64,000 nt of DNA from a bacterium (GTDB taxonomy: Bacteria; Cyanobacteriota; Vampirovibrionia; Gastranaerophilales; Gastranaerophilaceae): positions 38,663-102,662 of the forward strand of contig JAGAVG010000051.1 in NCBI GenBank assembly GCA_017942035.1. The letters are read 5' to 3'. Shown in pieces: positions 29,326 to 39,732 of this stretch. The notes under the pieces are model-generated. The model was given only the letters and a program-made list of their open reading frames with translations. It did not search any database and was not told the DNA's origin. Each line of letters begins with the position of its first letter. Position 1 is the first letter of the stretch. The position numbers and the translations under genes were made by a program.

Positions 29326-30324
29326 TTATTTCTTCAATCTTGACAATGCAAAGTCTACTTTATCAAGATTTTTAACTCTGTCTCCCAACATGATTTTTTC
29401 AGCTTCTTCAAGAATTGAAGTAACCATTAAGCCGTTATCTCCGTCTGAACGAGCTTTTTTACCTGTTTCACAACAGCTTATAAAGTGCTGGCATTCAAGT
29501 TTTAGCGGCTCGATTTCCAAATAATCAAGTTTTATATTTTGAGTTGCATCTTTGATAAAATTATCAAAAACTACAAGCTTATTTTCAGGAACTGTATCGT
29601 CAAGAATTGCAGTAGCTTTAGTTCCGCGAACGAGTAGCTGAACGTGTTTTCTCGGAGTAATCCAGCTGTCTGAAATCTGACCTGTTACACCATCTTCAAA
29701 TTCGATTGTGATATGAGTAATATCCATAATTTCGTTTCTGTCAGAAGAACATCCGACAGCAGAAATAACACGTTTTGGCTCTTTCCCGATAACATAACTC
29801 ATCATAGAAACGTCATGAGGCGCCAAATCCCACATTACACTACGGTCATTTTTGAAGTAGTTAACATTTAACCTGTCACTTTGCGCATAAACAATATCGC
29901 CTAAAGCACCTTCTTCAACAAGCATTTTCAACCTGTTTACAGCAGGATGATACAAAAGAAGATGTCCAACCATCAAAACGAGATTTTTTGCCTGTGCAAG
30001 TTCCATTAAGTCTTTTGCCTCCTGTGCTACTGTTGAAATAGGTTTTTCAACGTAAACATTTTTTCCGGCTTCAAGCATTGCTTTTACTATTTTGTAATGT
30101 GTATGGCTTGGTGTGACAACAGCAACAGATGTAATTTCAGGGTCGTTTAAAACATCTTTAAAATCTGTTGTTACTTTTACTCCCGGATACTGTTCCGTAA
30201 CTTTTTTCAAGTTCTCTTCATCCATGTCGCAGACGATATCAAGAACATTCAAATTATAAAAATTGCGGACTATATTTCGTCCCCAAACACCACAGCCTAT
30301 TACAGCAATTTTTTGTTCGCTCAT
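29326..30324 (-). CDS. Gfo/Idh/MocA-family NAD(P)-dependent oxidoreductase.
   Basis: N-terminal Rossmann IAVIGCGVWGRN, family-typical length. Confidence 0.8.
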   Translation of the reverse strand: MSEQKIAVIGCGVWGRNIVRNFYNLNVLDIVCDMDEENLKKVTEQYPGVKVTTDFKDVLNDPEITSVAVVTPSHTHYKIVKAMLEAGKNVYVEKPISTVAQEAKDLMELAQAKNLVLMVGHLLLYHPAVNRLKMLVEEGALGDIVYAQSDRLNVNYFKNDRSVMWDLAPHDVSMMSYVIGKEPKRVISAVGCSSDRNEIMDITHITIEFEDGVTGQISDSWITPRKHVQLLVRGTKATAILDDTVPENKLVVFDNFIKDATQNIKLDYLEIEPLKLECQHFISCCETGKKARSDGDNGLMVTSILEEAEKIMLGDRVKNLDKVDFALSRLKK

Positions 30325-30486
30325 TTCTACTTCCTTAAATCTAATAACATACTATATTTATATCATACGACCATAACTTTTTTTTGCAAATATTTAAAGA
30401 TTTATTAAAAAAACGTTACATCCTATGATATTTTTTGCGGTATAATAGTCATATCAGATGTTATTATATGAAGAGGAAGATAAATT

Positions 30487-32967
30487 ATGTTAGTATCATT
30501 AAACTGGTTGAATGAATTTGTAGACTTGTCAGATGTTGATGAAAAACAAATTGCTCATGAACTTACAATGAGCGGATTAGAAGTGGAAGAAATAATTGAA
30601 GTAAAGGCGCAATTTACAAATATTGTAACTGCCAAAATAGAAAAAATAGATAATCATCCAAATTCCGACAGGCTTCATTTAGTAACAATTAATAATGGAA
30701 AAGGCTTAAAAACGGTTGTTTGCGGAGCCCAAAATATTAAAGAGGGTCAAATAATTCCGTATGCAAGCGTCGGAAGCAATGTTCTTGACCGTAAAACCGG
30801 TGAAATGTTTACTTTAACACCTGCTGTTATCAGAGGGGTTGCATCTGAAGGCATGCTCTGCTCTGATGATGAATTAGGAGTTGCCGATAGAAATTATCAG
30901 GAAGAAGACGGCATTTTGATCTTGAACAGAATATTCCCTGATATAAAAATCGGTGAAGATGTTGAGGAAGTCCTAGGTTTTGAAAAAGATATTGTTTTCA
31001 ATATTGCTCCGACCGCAAATAGAGGGGATGAAATGTCCGTTATCGGTGTAGCAAGAGAGTTAAGCGCAATATTCAACAAGCCATTGGATTTTTCACCATT
31101 AACTTCTACAAAAGACCTTTCGACAAACTCTTTTAAGGTCGAAATTCTTGATGATACTGTTTGTAAATACTATTCTCTCGGAATTTTGAAAGATATAACA
31201 ATAAAACAGTCTCCGGATTGGATGAAAAAACGTCTTTTGGCCTCCGGAATTCGTTCGATTAATAACGTTGTTGATATTACAAATTATGTTCTTCTTGAAT
31301 ACGGCACACCTTTGCATGCCTTTGATTTGAATAAACTTGACGGATACCTTTGTGTAAGAAGAGCTAATGAAGGAGAAAAATTAACTACACTTGACGGTGT
31401 AGAAAGAGAATTGTCACACGATACCGTTGTTATCTCAACAAAAGAAAAACCGGTATGCTTAGGCGGAGTTTTTGGCGGTGAAAATTCAGAAATTGACGAA
31501 AATTCAAAAGCAATAGCGCTTGAAGCCGCATATTTTCCTCCTGCAGCGATAAGAAGATCATCAAGAAGTGTCGGTTATAGAAGTGAGGCTTCTGCAAGAT
31601 ACGAAAGAGGAATAGATATAGAAGCAGTAAAGCCTGCCCTGATGCGTGCAATGCAATTACTGGTTGAACTTGCTGATGCTAAAATTGAAGGAGCTGTAGC
31701 ATGCGGATGCAACAAACTTGATGAGATTGATATTACACTGAGATATGCTCAAATAAAAAGAATTTTAGGCTGTGAAATTGCTCCGGAAAAATGTGAAGAA
31801 ATACTTGAAAGACTAGGTTTCAAAAAACTTGGCGGTAATAATGCTGCTGCTAAATTTTTAGTACCATCTTTCAGAGCGGCCGATGTTTATAGAGAAATCG
31901 ATCTGATAGAAGAAATTGCAAGAATTAACGGATACGATAAAATTACACCAACTCTTCCTGAAAAAAATGCCACTGCAGTAATTTCAACGGAAGAAAAAGT
32001 GTTTAAAAAGGTTCATGACCTGATGAGAGCGTCCGGACTTAACGAGATTGTTACAAGTTCTCTTATCGGCAAACCTTTGTTAGACAGATTTAAAATCGGT
32101 TATGATGAAGAACATGCCGCATGTGTTCTCAATTCTGCAAGCGAAGAAAGCACAATGCTCCGTCAATCACTCGCACCGAGCCTTTTGAATTGCTTAAAGT
32201 ATAACAACGACAACGGACAGAAGGTCTTCTGGGCTTATGAGATTGGAAAAACTTATAAAATCGTAGCTCCTGCTGATGAAAAATCTTCCGGAGTAAGAGA
32301 AACTAACGTTTTAGGCGGAATTTTAACCGGCGAAATCGAAAATTCAAAGTGGCAGGTTAAAACTGAAACCGATTTCTATACCGTAAAAGGTATTGTTGAA
32401 AAGTTATTCCAAGAACTTGGAGTTGAAAAACGTATAAAGTTAGTTCCGTTTGAAAATTCTGAATTGAAAGATACTCATTCAATTCTTCACCCATATAGAA
32501 GCGCCGCTATTGCTGTTTTAGGCAAAAAACCGCTGACTATCGGATATATCGGACAAATTCATCCGACATTGAAATCTAAAATGAAATTAAATCAAGATGC
32601 GTTTATTTTTAAAGTTGACCTTGATGAGATAATAGCAATCGTAAAAGAAACAACGCCAAGATTTAAAAAACTGGCGCAGTTCCCTGAGGTTAGGAGGGAT
32701 TTGGCTTTCGTAATAGGTGAAAATGTTTCTTATGACGAAATTCAAAAAGTTATAAAGGGTTCTGTTCAGCAGAATTTGTTTAAGGGTGTTGAAGTTTTCG
32801 ACGTATATCAGGGCGATAACATTGAAAAAGGTTATAAGAGTCTCGCTTTCAGAATAAAAATGCAGGATGATAACGCAACTTTGACAGATGAAGTTATAGA
32901 CTCTCAAATGAATTCAGTCAGAGCAAAACTTCAAAAAACTTACGCTGATATTACTTTCAGAGAATAA
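30487..32967 (+). CDS. pheT: Phenylalanine--tRNA ligase beta subunit.
   Basis: MLVSLNWLNEFVDL N-terminus, tRNA-binding domain, B3/4 and B5 domains, 826 aa. Confidence 0.95.
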   Translation: MLVSLNWLNEFVDLSDVDEKQIAHELTMSGLEVEEIIEVKAQFTNIVTAKIEKIDNHPNSDRLHLVTINNGKGLKTVVCGAQNIKEGQIIPYASVGSNVLDRKTGEMFTLTPAVIRGVASEGMLCSDDELGVADRNYQEEDGILILNRIFPDIKIGEDVEEVLGFEKDIVFNIAPTANRGDEMSVIGVARELSAIFNKPLDFSPLTSTKDLSTNSFKVEILDDTVCKYYSLGILKDITIKQSPDWMKKRLLASGIRSINNVVDITNYVLLEYGTPLHAFDLNKLDGYLCVRRANEGEKLTTLDGVERELSHDTVVISTKEKPVCLGGVFGGENSEIDENSKAIALEAAYFPPAAIRRSSRSVGYRSEASARYERGIDIEAVKPALMRAMQLLVELADAKIEGAVACGCNKLDEIDITLRYAQIKRILGCEIAPEKCEEILERLGFKKLGGNNAAAKFLVPSFRAADVYREIDLIEEIARINGYDKITPTLPEKNATAVISTEEKVFKKVHDLMRASGLNEIVTSSLIGKPLLDRFKIGYDEEHAACVLNSASEESTMLRQSLAPSLLNCLKYNNDNGQKVFWAYEIGKTYKIVAPADEKSSGVRETNVLGGILTGEIENSKWQVKTETDFYTVKGIVEKLFQELGVEKRIKLVPFENSELKDTHSILHPYRSAAIAVLGKKPLTIGYIGQIHPTLKSKMKLNQDAFIFKVDLDEIIAIVKETTPRFKKLAQFPEVRRDLAFVIGENVSYDEIQKVIKGSVQQNLFKGVEVFDVYQGDNIEKGYKSLAFRIKMQDDNATLTDEVIDSQMNSVRAKLQKTYADITFRE

Positions 32968-32986
32968 AAAAGGGAAATTATACATT

Positions 32987-33649
32987 ATGAAAAAACTTTT
33001 GTCGTTAATTTTAGTATTATTCGGACTTTTTTTAAGCCCGCTGAAAAGTTTTGCAATTGATGTAATACCTCGATATGTAAACCTTAATCCGACAAGGACA
33101 ATCGGATTTTATCAGGTGTCAAACGGAATAACTCTTCACAAAGAGGCGGATGAAAAATCTCCGGTTGTTCATAGTTTTACCTGGTCCAAGGATAAAATTT
33201 TTCCGGAAAATACTAAGTTTGAAGATTTGTTCATTTTGTATATTTCACAACGTGACCTTGCGCTGATGAATGTTGTCGATGAGACTGAAGATTGGGTTCA
33301 GGTAATCTACAACAATTCTACTGGTTCAAAGGGATGGATTAAAAAAGATGATCCTTACCGCTTTATGAGTTGGATAAACTTTATGAATATGTATGGTAAA
33401 AAATACGGGTTGTATGAACTTCAAGGTGCGCCGAATTATATTAATGATATTAAAAGTGCACCGGCTGACAATGCCCAAAGTTTGGGAACTCTTAACCATC
33501 CGGAAAAAATTAATTTAAATGTAATAAGAGGAAATTTTGCACTTGTTAATGTTTATGACCTTGATAGAACTCCTAAAACTGGATTCATCAGATGGAGGTC
33601 AGATGAGGGTGTAATTTATTTCTTCCCTGATATAAAATACAGTAAGTAG
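32987..33649 (+). CDS. Hypothetical secreted protein.
   Basis: Signal peptide MKKLLSLILVLFGLFLSPLKSFA. No domain recognised. Confidence 0.5.
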   Translation: MKKLLSLILVLFGLFLSPLKSFAIDVIPRYVNLNPTRTIGFYQVSNGITLHKEADEKSPVVHSFTWSKDKIFPENTKFEDLFILYISQRDLALMNVVDETEDWVQVIYNNSTGSKGWIKKDDPYRFMSWINFMNMYGKKYGLYELQGAPNYINDIKSAPADNAQSLGTLNHPEKINLNVIRGNFALVNVYDLDRTPKTGFIRWRSDEGVIYFFPDIKYSK

Positions 33650-33665
33650 TGTTTTCAGGAAATAT

Positions 33666-34547
33666 TTGATGAGTTTTGATAGTGAATACAAACAGATTTT
33701 GTCTCTGGCAGAAGACGATATAAGAAGAGTTAACGAAGAAATTCTTAACACTATTTCTGTGGCTGCACCTTTAAATGAAGAGCTGCTTGAATTTCTAAAA
33801 GCTCCGTCAAAAAGAATTCGCCCGCTTCTTGCATTCTTATATTTGAGAAGTGCAAATATAAAAATAACTGACCGGCATTATTCACTTTTGAGCGCTATAG
33901 AACTTATTCATAATGCCTCTCTTATTCATGATGATATAATTGATGAATGCGGTACTAGAAGGGGCCGCACGGCTATTCATAAGAGCTTCGGGAATAAACT
34001 TGCTGTAATCTCAGGCGATTATATTCTTGCTAATGCAATGCAAAAGGTTGCGGATTTGAATTCGCCAAAGATTTTAAAATCTTTTTCTGAAACAATGAAA
34101 AATATGTGTATCGGAGAAATTAATCAGCAGTTTAACCTTTTTAAAATTCCGACCATCGAGCAATATATAGAAAAATCAACAGAAAAAACCGCAAACCTTT
34201 TTAAGACAACTATTGAAACTTCACTTATATTGAGCGAAAAGGAGACATTTGAAGGAGAAAATTTTGGTCTGAATTTTGGAATTGCGTTTCAAATCAGAGA
34301 TGATATTCTGAATGTGGTTTCTTGTGAAAAATTCGGCAAACCTGTGAACAATGATGTTGAATGCGGAATTTATAACGCTCCGGTTATTCTTGCCGGCGGA
34401 AAAGAAAATATTATGGGCGGTGTTGAAAAAACTTATATTTTATTAAATAATTATATTGATAAGTCGAAAAAATATCTTTCAAGTTTGGAGGATAGTGTGT
34501 ATAAAGAGGCTTTGATAAAACTTACCGGGGAATTAGTAAATGTCTAA
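33666..34547 (+). CDS. Polyprenyl diphosphate synthase (trans-isoprenyl transferase family).
   Basis: First Asp-rich motif LIHDDIIDE and second motif IRDDILN. Confidence 0.8.
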   Translation: MMSFDSEYKQILSLAEDDIRRVNEEILNTISVAAPLNEELLEFLKAPSKRIRPLLAFLYLRSANIKITDRHYSLLSAIELIHNASLIHDDIIDECGTRRGRTAIHKSFGNKLAVISGDYILANAMQKVADLNSPKILKSFSETMKNMCIGEINQQFNLFKIPTIEQYIEKSTEKTANLFKTTIETSLILSEKETFEGENFGLNFGIAFQIRDDILNVVSCEKFGKPVNNDVECGIYNAPVILAGGKENIMGGVEKTYILLNNYIDKSKKYLSSLEDSVYKEALIKLTGELVNV

Positions 34548-35472
34548 ATATATCAGTGAAAATTTAACAAAAGATGATGTTATTGATGCTTTAAAAATAA
34601 TTTTATCTAAAGATGAAACTTCTGAAAAAAAAGAAAAAAAGACTTTTTCTGAAAAGATTTTGAATATAAAAAATGAAACACTAAAGTGTTTCAATGATAT
34701 TGTTACGCTGAAATTTATTGCGGATTTTGCGAAAGATACAAAAAATGATTGCGAAGAATGCGTATGTTTTTTCAAAAATTTTGTGACCTTTAAGTTTTTG
34801 AGAGACTTTTTGAACGATTTGGAACGCGAACCGCTAGATAAAGCAAAACTCATAAAATTCGGCAAAAAGTTGAAACAAATATTAAAAGAAGTGATTGATA
34901 CCATTGTATTTGTTCTGGTTATGGTTATTTTGATAAGATTTTTTATCTGCGAATTGAGATGGATTCCGTCTGGGTCAATGAAACCGACCCTAATTGAAGG
35001 TGACAGAATTGTTGTTGAACGTTTTTCACGCTTCAATTCAGTACCTAAAAGAGGCGATATAATGGTGTTTTATCCGCCTTTTGAAAAAATAGAAAATACC
35101 CCCGGAAAACTTTTAGCTCGTCTTGTCGGATTATTCTGTAAAGATACGGCTTACATAAAACGAGTAATCGGAGTCCCGGGCGATAAGATAGAAATAAAAG
35201 CGGATAGTGAAGGAAAATACACCGTTTATGTTAATGATAAAGCGCAAAATGAACCGTATATATTAAGCCCATACGATTACCCGCCTTGCTCACAACAGGA
35301 TGTGAATTGTGGCCCAATGGTCATTCCGGAACATAAATACTTTATGATGGGAGATAACCGCGGTGGCTCTTGGGATAGCCGTTATTGGGGATTTGTACCG
35401 GAAGATAGATTTATCGGACGCGCAGTATTTTTGTTCTGGCCGTTTACAAGGGTAAAAAGTCTTTCTAATTAG
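34540..35472 (+). CDS. lepB: Signal peptidase I with a ~110-aa N-terminal K/E-rich extension containing an internal repeat.
   Basis: IPSGSMKPTL Ser box, GDNRGGSWDSRYWGFVPE box. Internal repeat LKFIADFAKD / FKFLRDFLND in the extension. Confidence 0.8.
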   Translation: MSKYISENLTKDDVIDALKIILSKDETSEKKEKKTFSEKILNIKNETLKCFNDIVTLKFIADFAKDTKNDCEECVCFFKNFVTFKFLRDFLNDLEREPLDKAKLIKFGKKLKQILKEVIDTIVFVLVMVILIRFFICELRWIPSGSMKPTLIEGDRIVVERFSRFNSVPKRGDIMVFYPPFEKIENTPGKLLARLVGLFCKDTAYIKRVIGVPGDKIEIKADSEGKYTVYVNDKAQNEPYILSPYDYPPCSQQDVNCGPMVIPEHKYFMMGDNRGGSWDSRYWGFVPEDRFIGRAVFLFWPFTRVKSLSN

Positions 35473-36463
35473 ATTTTTTAATATTTTTAAGTTCCGGAAG
35501 TGAAATATTAAATTTCAACAGCCAGAAAATTCCGAGAATTGCCAGAATTAAAATTAAAATCGTTTGATGAACAGCCGCACATGCAAGCGCAGTCGATTTT
35601 GTAATGCTTGAATTTAAACTTAACGCAATTATATATGCGTATTGATATGGCCCTAAAAATACGGATGTCGAAGGGATTACTGTAGAAAGAGAAGTTAAAG
35701 AGGTTACAAACAATGCCGCAGTCATTCCAAGCGGAAGGTTCAGACTAACCATTACTTCATAAGCTATGATAGCCTCAATAATCCAAATAATTAAGCTCAA
35801 AACAAACGACGTAAAAAGACATTTACCGCAAGAAAAAACTTCAAATCCGGAAATAAAAGAATTTGTATAATCCTTTATTTTTCCAACGAAATCCGCAGCC
35901 TTTTCAGAGAAATTTTTACTGAAAAAATTCTCAATATGCGTAAAAATCATATCGGTTTTGTTATATTTAAACATTAAAAACACAAAAATAAACCCGAAAA
36001 GAAATAAACTCCCCGTAAAATATGCAATATTCATAAGAAATTCTGAACTTCTATACATAAAAAGCGCAGTAAGTAAAAGGATTAAGACAGCAATTCCGTC
36101 CATAATTCTTTCAAAAATTACCGAGCCGAAAATTTTCATTTTTTGTTCGGACTTGATTTCTCCGAGATAGCAGGCTCTATATAAATCCCCCGCTCTTGCA
36201 GGCAAAAATGTATTCAGCATGCTTCCGACCGTAAAAACTTGCATAAGCTGAAAAGAGGAATACTTTTTGTCATTTAATAAAAGATTTTTCCACCTGATTC
36301 CGCGCAGGTATAAGCTTGAAATATATAACGGAACAATATAGATAAGATATTTTACATTGAAATTTTTCAAGGTTGAAAACAGCTCGGCAAAATTGATTTT
36401 GTAAAAAATCAAACAGAGCAATAGTAAAGTAACGCCAAAAGCTATCCACCTCTTCTTTTTCAT
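35465..36463 (-). CDS. Lysylphosphatidylglycerol-synthase TM-region-like (UPF0104 flippase-like) membrane protein.
   Basis: 8 TM segments. N-terminus KKKRWIAFGVTLLLLCLIFYKINF resembles TIGR00374. Confidence 0.55.
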   Translation of the reverse strand: MKKKRWIAFGVTLLLLCLIFYKINFAELFSTLKNFNVKYLIYIVPLYISSLYLRGIRWKNLLLNDKKYSSFQLMQVFTVGSMLNTFLPARAGDLYRACYLGEIKSEQKMKIFGSVIFERIMDGIAVLILLLTALFMYRSSEFLMNIAYFTGSLFLFGFIFVFLMFKYNKTDMIFTHIENFFSKNFSEKAADFVGKIKDYTNSFISGFEVFSCGKCLFTSFVLSLIIWIIEAIIAYEVMVSLNLPLGMTAALFVTSLTSLSTVIPSTSVFLGPYQYAYIIALSLNSSITKSTALACAAVHQTILILILAILGIFWLLKFNISLPELKNIKKSN

Positions 36464-36489
36464 AGTGTTATCATACCATAAATCAGGGA

Positions 36490-38775
36490 TTAATCAATAT
36501 TAACCGGTTCTCTTTGAATTTTATCAATAGCTTCTCTAGCGGTAAATACCAAACTTTCCGGAACATTGTCAATCGTGGTAAATTGTCTTAAGACATCAAC
36601 AACACGCTTGAATGCCCTGACGATATCACCTTCACCCATTTCGATTTGTTCGGTAATCGTTTCCCATTCAGCCCCCTCAACCCAGAGTTCTATGAGGGAT
36701 GAAAAATACGGGTTAATATAACACGGTGCATCAACTAGGTATTCGTTTTGCAGCTTTTCGACTTTTCGCCTAATATTTCTAATCAAATTCAAAGTTTTGC
36801 GAACAGGTGTAGAGAATGGTAAATAAGGGATGTCAATTCTCAAATCCTCGGTTGTGATTGCGCAAATAACACCGGCAAGCTGGGAAGGTGTCAGATTTTC
36901 CAGTACATTCGAGAATATAATTTCAGCAAGGTAAAACTCGTTTTCCGAGCGAATTTGAGAGGTCGTAATACCTTTCGCTGTCGGATAATCGTTTACAAGA
37001 TAGCCGGCTTGAGAAAGTACTGCCCTGTGTGAAAGAAATTTATTCCAGAAAATATCCCTCTGGCGCTCGATTTCTTTTTCCAATTCTCTTTGTTTCCTGT
37101 TTATCCTTGAAACGACCTCGATATTTTTCGAGTGTTTTTTATAAAGCCTGCAAAAATCACAAGGCATTTTCTGCATTTTATGTAAAAGCTGCTTATTTTC
37201 GTTACCAAATTGCACAATCTCGGCAGAAAGCGGACGGTTTTTCGCTCTTTCCTGCTTGCATATTTTTTTGTAAGTCTGCCTGTTTTGAACGTAAATCGCG
37301 CGAACCTTGTCATATTCCTTTAAATCAGCATCTCCGAGTTTTGAAGGGCATACAAAATCACGTTCGGCAAGCTCTTTTTTGAAATTTTCCTGCTGTTTTA
37401 ATAGCGGGGTCAGCCTTGAACCGGAAGAAAAATACCCGAAAGATTTCATAACAAGCTCTTGCGCCTCTTCAATGCTAAAGCGTTGCAGAAGGTTTAACAC
37501 CATTGAATAACTCGGAGAAAATCTGCTTTCTAGAGGATTCGCGTCACTGAGCACAAGTTCCGCAACCTCTTCCGGTGACTGGAAAGGGGTTCCGACAACC
37601 GTAACGTAGCCGACTTCGTCCATTCCGCGCCTTCCGGCACGTCCTGACATCTGCAAAAATTCACTGGCCGTAAGCATTCTGTGACCGGAATCCGTTCTTT
37701 TACTCGTTGAACTGATAACCGTCGAACGCGCTGGCATGTTTATTCCTGCCGCAAGGGTTTCCGTTGCAAACACAACTTTTATCAGCCCCTGCTGAAACAA
37801 TTTTTCAACAAGACTTTTCCACCCCGGCAAAAGTCCGGCATGGTGCGAAGCAACACCGCAATATAAATAATCAAGATGTTTGTTGTTGTATAAATGCGGA
37901 TTTTCTGCGATATAATCATCAACAAACTGCCTGATTCTCGCCTGTTCTTCTTTTGTTATAAGTTCCAGTGAGGCGCATTTTTCCATCTGTTCATCACATT
38001 TTTTTCGCGAAAACGTGAAATATATAGCCGGCAGCATGTCATTTTGTTGAAGATTTCTTACAATATCTTTCACATGACTTTTTTGAGTGCTTTTTTTGCG
38101 GCCAAACTGGCGTTTTTCAGGCTTGATTTTTTTATTTAGCTGACCTGACGGAGTTAACAGCGGCAACAATTTATCCGGCTGAGAACTGTCAAAATAGAAA
38201 AATTTCAATGGCACCGGTCTAAAATCTGTATCAACAAGCTCAGTTTTAGAATGGACGGTGTTAATCCAAGCAGTGAGTTCATCAGCGTTTGCAACAGTTG
38301 CCGATAGCGCGATGATTTGAATATTTGTCGGGCAATAGATGATACTTTCTTCCCAAACCGTCCCGCGCTGTTCGTCATTCATATAGTGAACTTCATCCAG
38401 CACAACATATTTTACTTCTTTTAAATTATCCGCAACCGCTCCGAAATTCGTGCCGTAAAGCATATTTCGAAAAACTTCCGTTGTCATAACAACAATCTGC
38501 GCACCTCTGTTAATCGATGTATCACCGGTTAACAGTCCGACTTTATCCGAACCATATTTTTCACCAAAATCGTAATATTTCTGATTTGAAAGGGCTTTTA
38601 GAGGAGTTGTATAAAATATTCTTGAACCTTCTTCAAGCGCTCTATGAATTGCGTGCTGTGCGATTACGGTTTTTCCGGCTCCTGTTGGAGCGCACACAAC
38701 AACGCTTTCACCCTTATCTATATGCTCGCAGGCATCTTTTTGAAAATCGTCCAGTTCAAAAGGAAAATTATACAT
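36490..38775 (-). CDS. Ski2-like DEAD/DEAH (DEVH) box helicase.
   Basis: Walker A CAPTGAGKT, DEVH, SAT, HHAGL motifs. 761 aa with a C-terminal extension. Confidence 0.8.
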   Translation of the reverse strand: MYNFPFELDDFQKDACEHIDKGESVVVCAPTGAGKTVIAQHAIHRALEEGSRIFYTTPLKALSNQKYYDFGEKYGSDKVGLLTGDTSINRGAQIVVMTTEVFRNMLYGTNFGAVADNLKEVKYVVLDEVHYMNDEQRGTVWEESIIYCPTNIQIIALSATVANADELTAWINTVHSKTELVDTDFRPVPLKFFYFDSSQPDKLLPLLTPSGQLNKKIKPEKRQFGRKKSTQKSHVKDIVRNLQQNDMLPAIYFTFSRKKCDEQMEKCASLELITKEEQARIRQFVDDYIAENPHLYNNKHLDYLYCGVASHHAGLLPGWKSLVEKLFQQGLIKVVFATETLAAGINMPARSTVISSTSKRTDSGHRMLTASEFLQMSGRAGRRGMDEVGYVTVVGTPFQSPEEVAELVLSDANPLESRFSPSYSMVLNLLQRFSIEEAQELVMKSFGYFSSGSRLTPLLKQQENFKKELAERDFVCPSKLGDADLKEYDKVRAIYVQNRQTYKKICKQERAKNRPLSAEIVQFGNENKQLLHKMQKMPCDFCRLYKKHSKNIEVVSRINRKQRELEKEIERQRDIFWNKFLSHRAVLSQAGYLVNDYPTAKGITTSQIRSENEFYLAEIIFSNVLENLTPSQLAGVICAITTEDLRIDIPYLPFSTPVRKTLNLIRNIRRKVEKLQNEYLVDAPCYINPYFSSLIELWVEGAEWETITEQIEMGEGDIVRAFKRVVDVLRQFTTIDNVPESLVFTAREAIDKIQREPVNID

Positions 38776-38879
38776 TTTTAACTCCAGTCTATACAGTCTA
38801 TATTTTTATTATGCCCTAAAATAAGATATTTGTAAAATATGTAAAAACTTGTTATAATAAGACACAAAGGAGAAAATTT

Positions 38880-39389
38880 ATGGCAGATAAAATAATAATA
38901 TTTTCAGGCAAACAATTTTCGGGAAAAGATACCGCAGCAAAGATTATGCTTGATAAATTACCGCAGTATAGAAGATGTGCGATGGGCGATATAATAAAGC
39001 TTACATACGGAAAAGAAAAAGGCTTGACGTATGAGCAAATCGAGGCGAATAAATCTGTTTACCGTCAGGATTTGATTGATTTAGGCAACTGGGGAAGAAG
39101 CCAAAGCCCTGATTACTGGCTAAAAAAGATTATTGAGCAGGACGGAAATATTATTGTAACAGATGTAAGGGTTCCGCATGAATATGAAGTTTTTAAATCT
39201 GCCGGTGCTATTACAATAAGAGTTGAGGCCTCAAGAGAAGTTCGAGCCAAAAGAGGAAATCTTATCGGCGAAACTGATATTACGGAAGTCGGGCTGGATG
39301 ATATCAAAGACTGGGATTACGTAATCAATAACAACGGAAGTTATGAAGATTTAAAGCGCCAAGTGCTTGAAATTATTAAGTATTGCTAA
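38880..39389 (+). CDS. P-loop NTPase, dNMP-kinase-like.
   Basis: Walker A GKQFSGKDT at the N-terminus, 169 aa. Confidence 0.5.
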   Translation: MADKIIIFSGKQFSGKDTAAKIMLDKLPQYRRCAMGDIIKLTYGKEKGLTYEQIEANKSVYRQDLIDLGNWGRSQSPDYWLKKIIEQDGNIIVTDVRVPHEYEVFKSAGAITIRVEASREVRAKRGNLIGETDITEVGLDDIKDWDYVINNNGSYEDLKRQVLEIIKYC

Positions 39390-39415
39390 TCGTGGAGGGG
39401 GCGATTTTTCAATGA

Positions 39416-39709
39416 TTAATCAGGAATTTTCTTTGGAAAGCCTTCAATTTTTACCAAATTTTGATTAAGGTCATGTTTACATCTCTTTATAAAAATTTTG
39501 ATTTTCATTAATTGCCGTTGCGTATGTTTAAACAAAATCATTTTTTGAGATACAATTTCGGCGGGAGCCGATAAAAGTTCAACACCGGAAAGTAAGCCGG
39601 ATTTAGTCATTGCGGAGGCTGTATCTTTAGCATCTGCGGCTAAATTTGCAATCCCTTTTTTGTTAATTACAATTCTTGCACCAAAACTCGGATTGTTATT
39701 TACTTGCAT
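39416..39709 (-). CDS. Small hypothetical protein, tandem paralog 1 (MQVNNNPSFGARIVINK...KKIPD).
   Basis: SD aaaggaaa. N-terminal 18 aa and C-terminal IPD are shared, with nucleotide identity, with 39733-40419. Confidence 0.5.
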   Translation of the reverse strand: MQVNNNPSFGARIVINKKGIANLAADAKDTASAMTKSGLLSGVELLSAPAEIVSQKMILFKHTQRQLMKIKIFIKRCKHDLNQNLVKIEGFPKKIPD

Positions 39710-39732
39710 TGTTAATTTTCCTTTCGGTGTTA

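Noticed and set aside
34533-35036. 167-aa minus-strand ORF.
   Set aside because: It is antisense to the N-terminal extension of lepB. The K/S-rich translation is a mirror of the K/E-rich sense frame.
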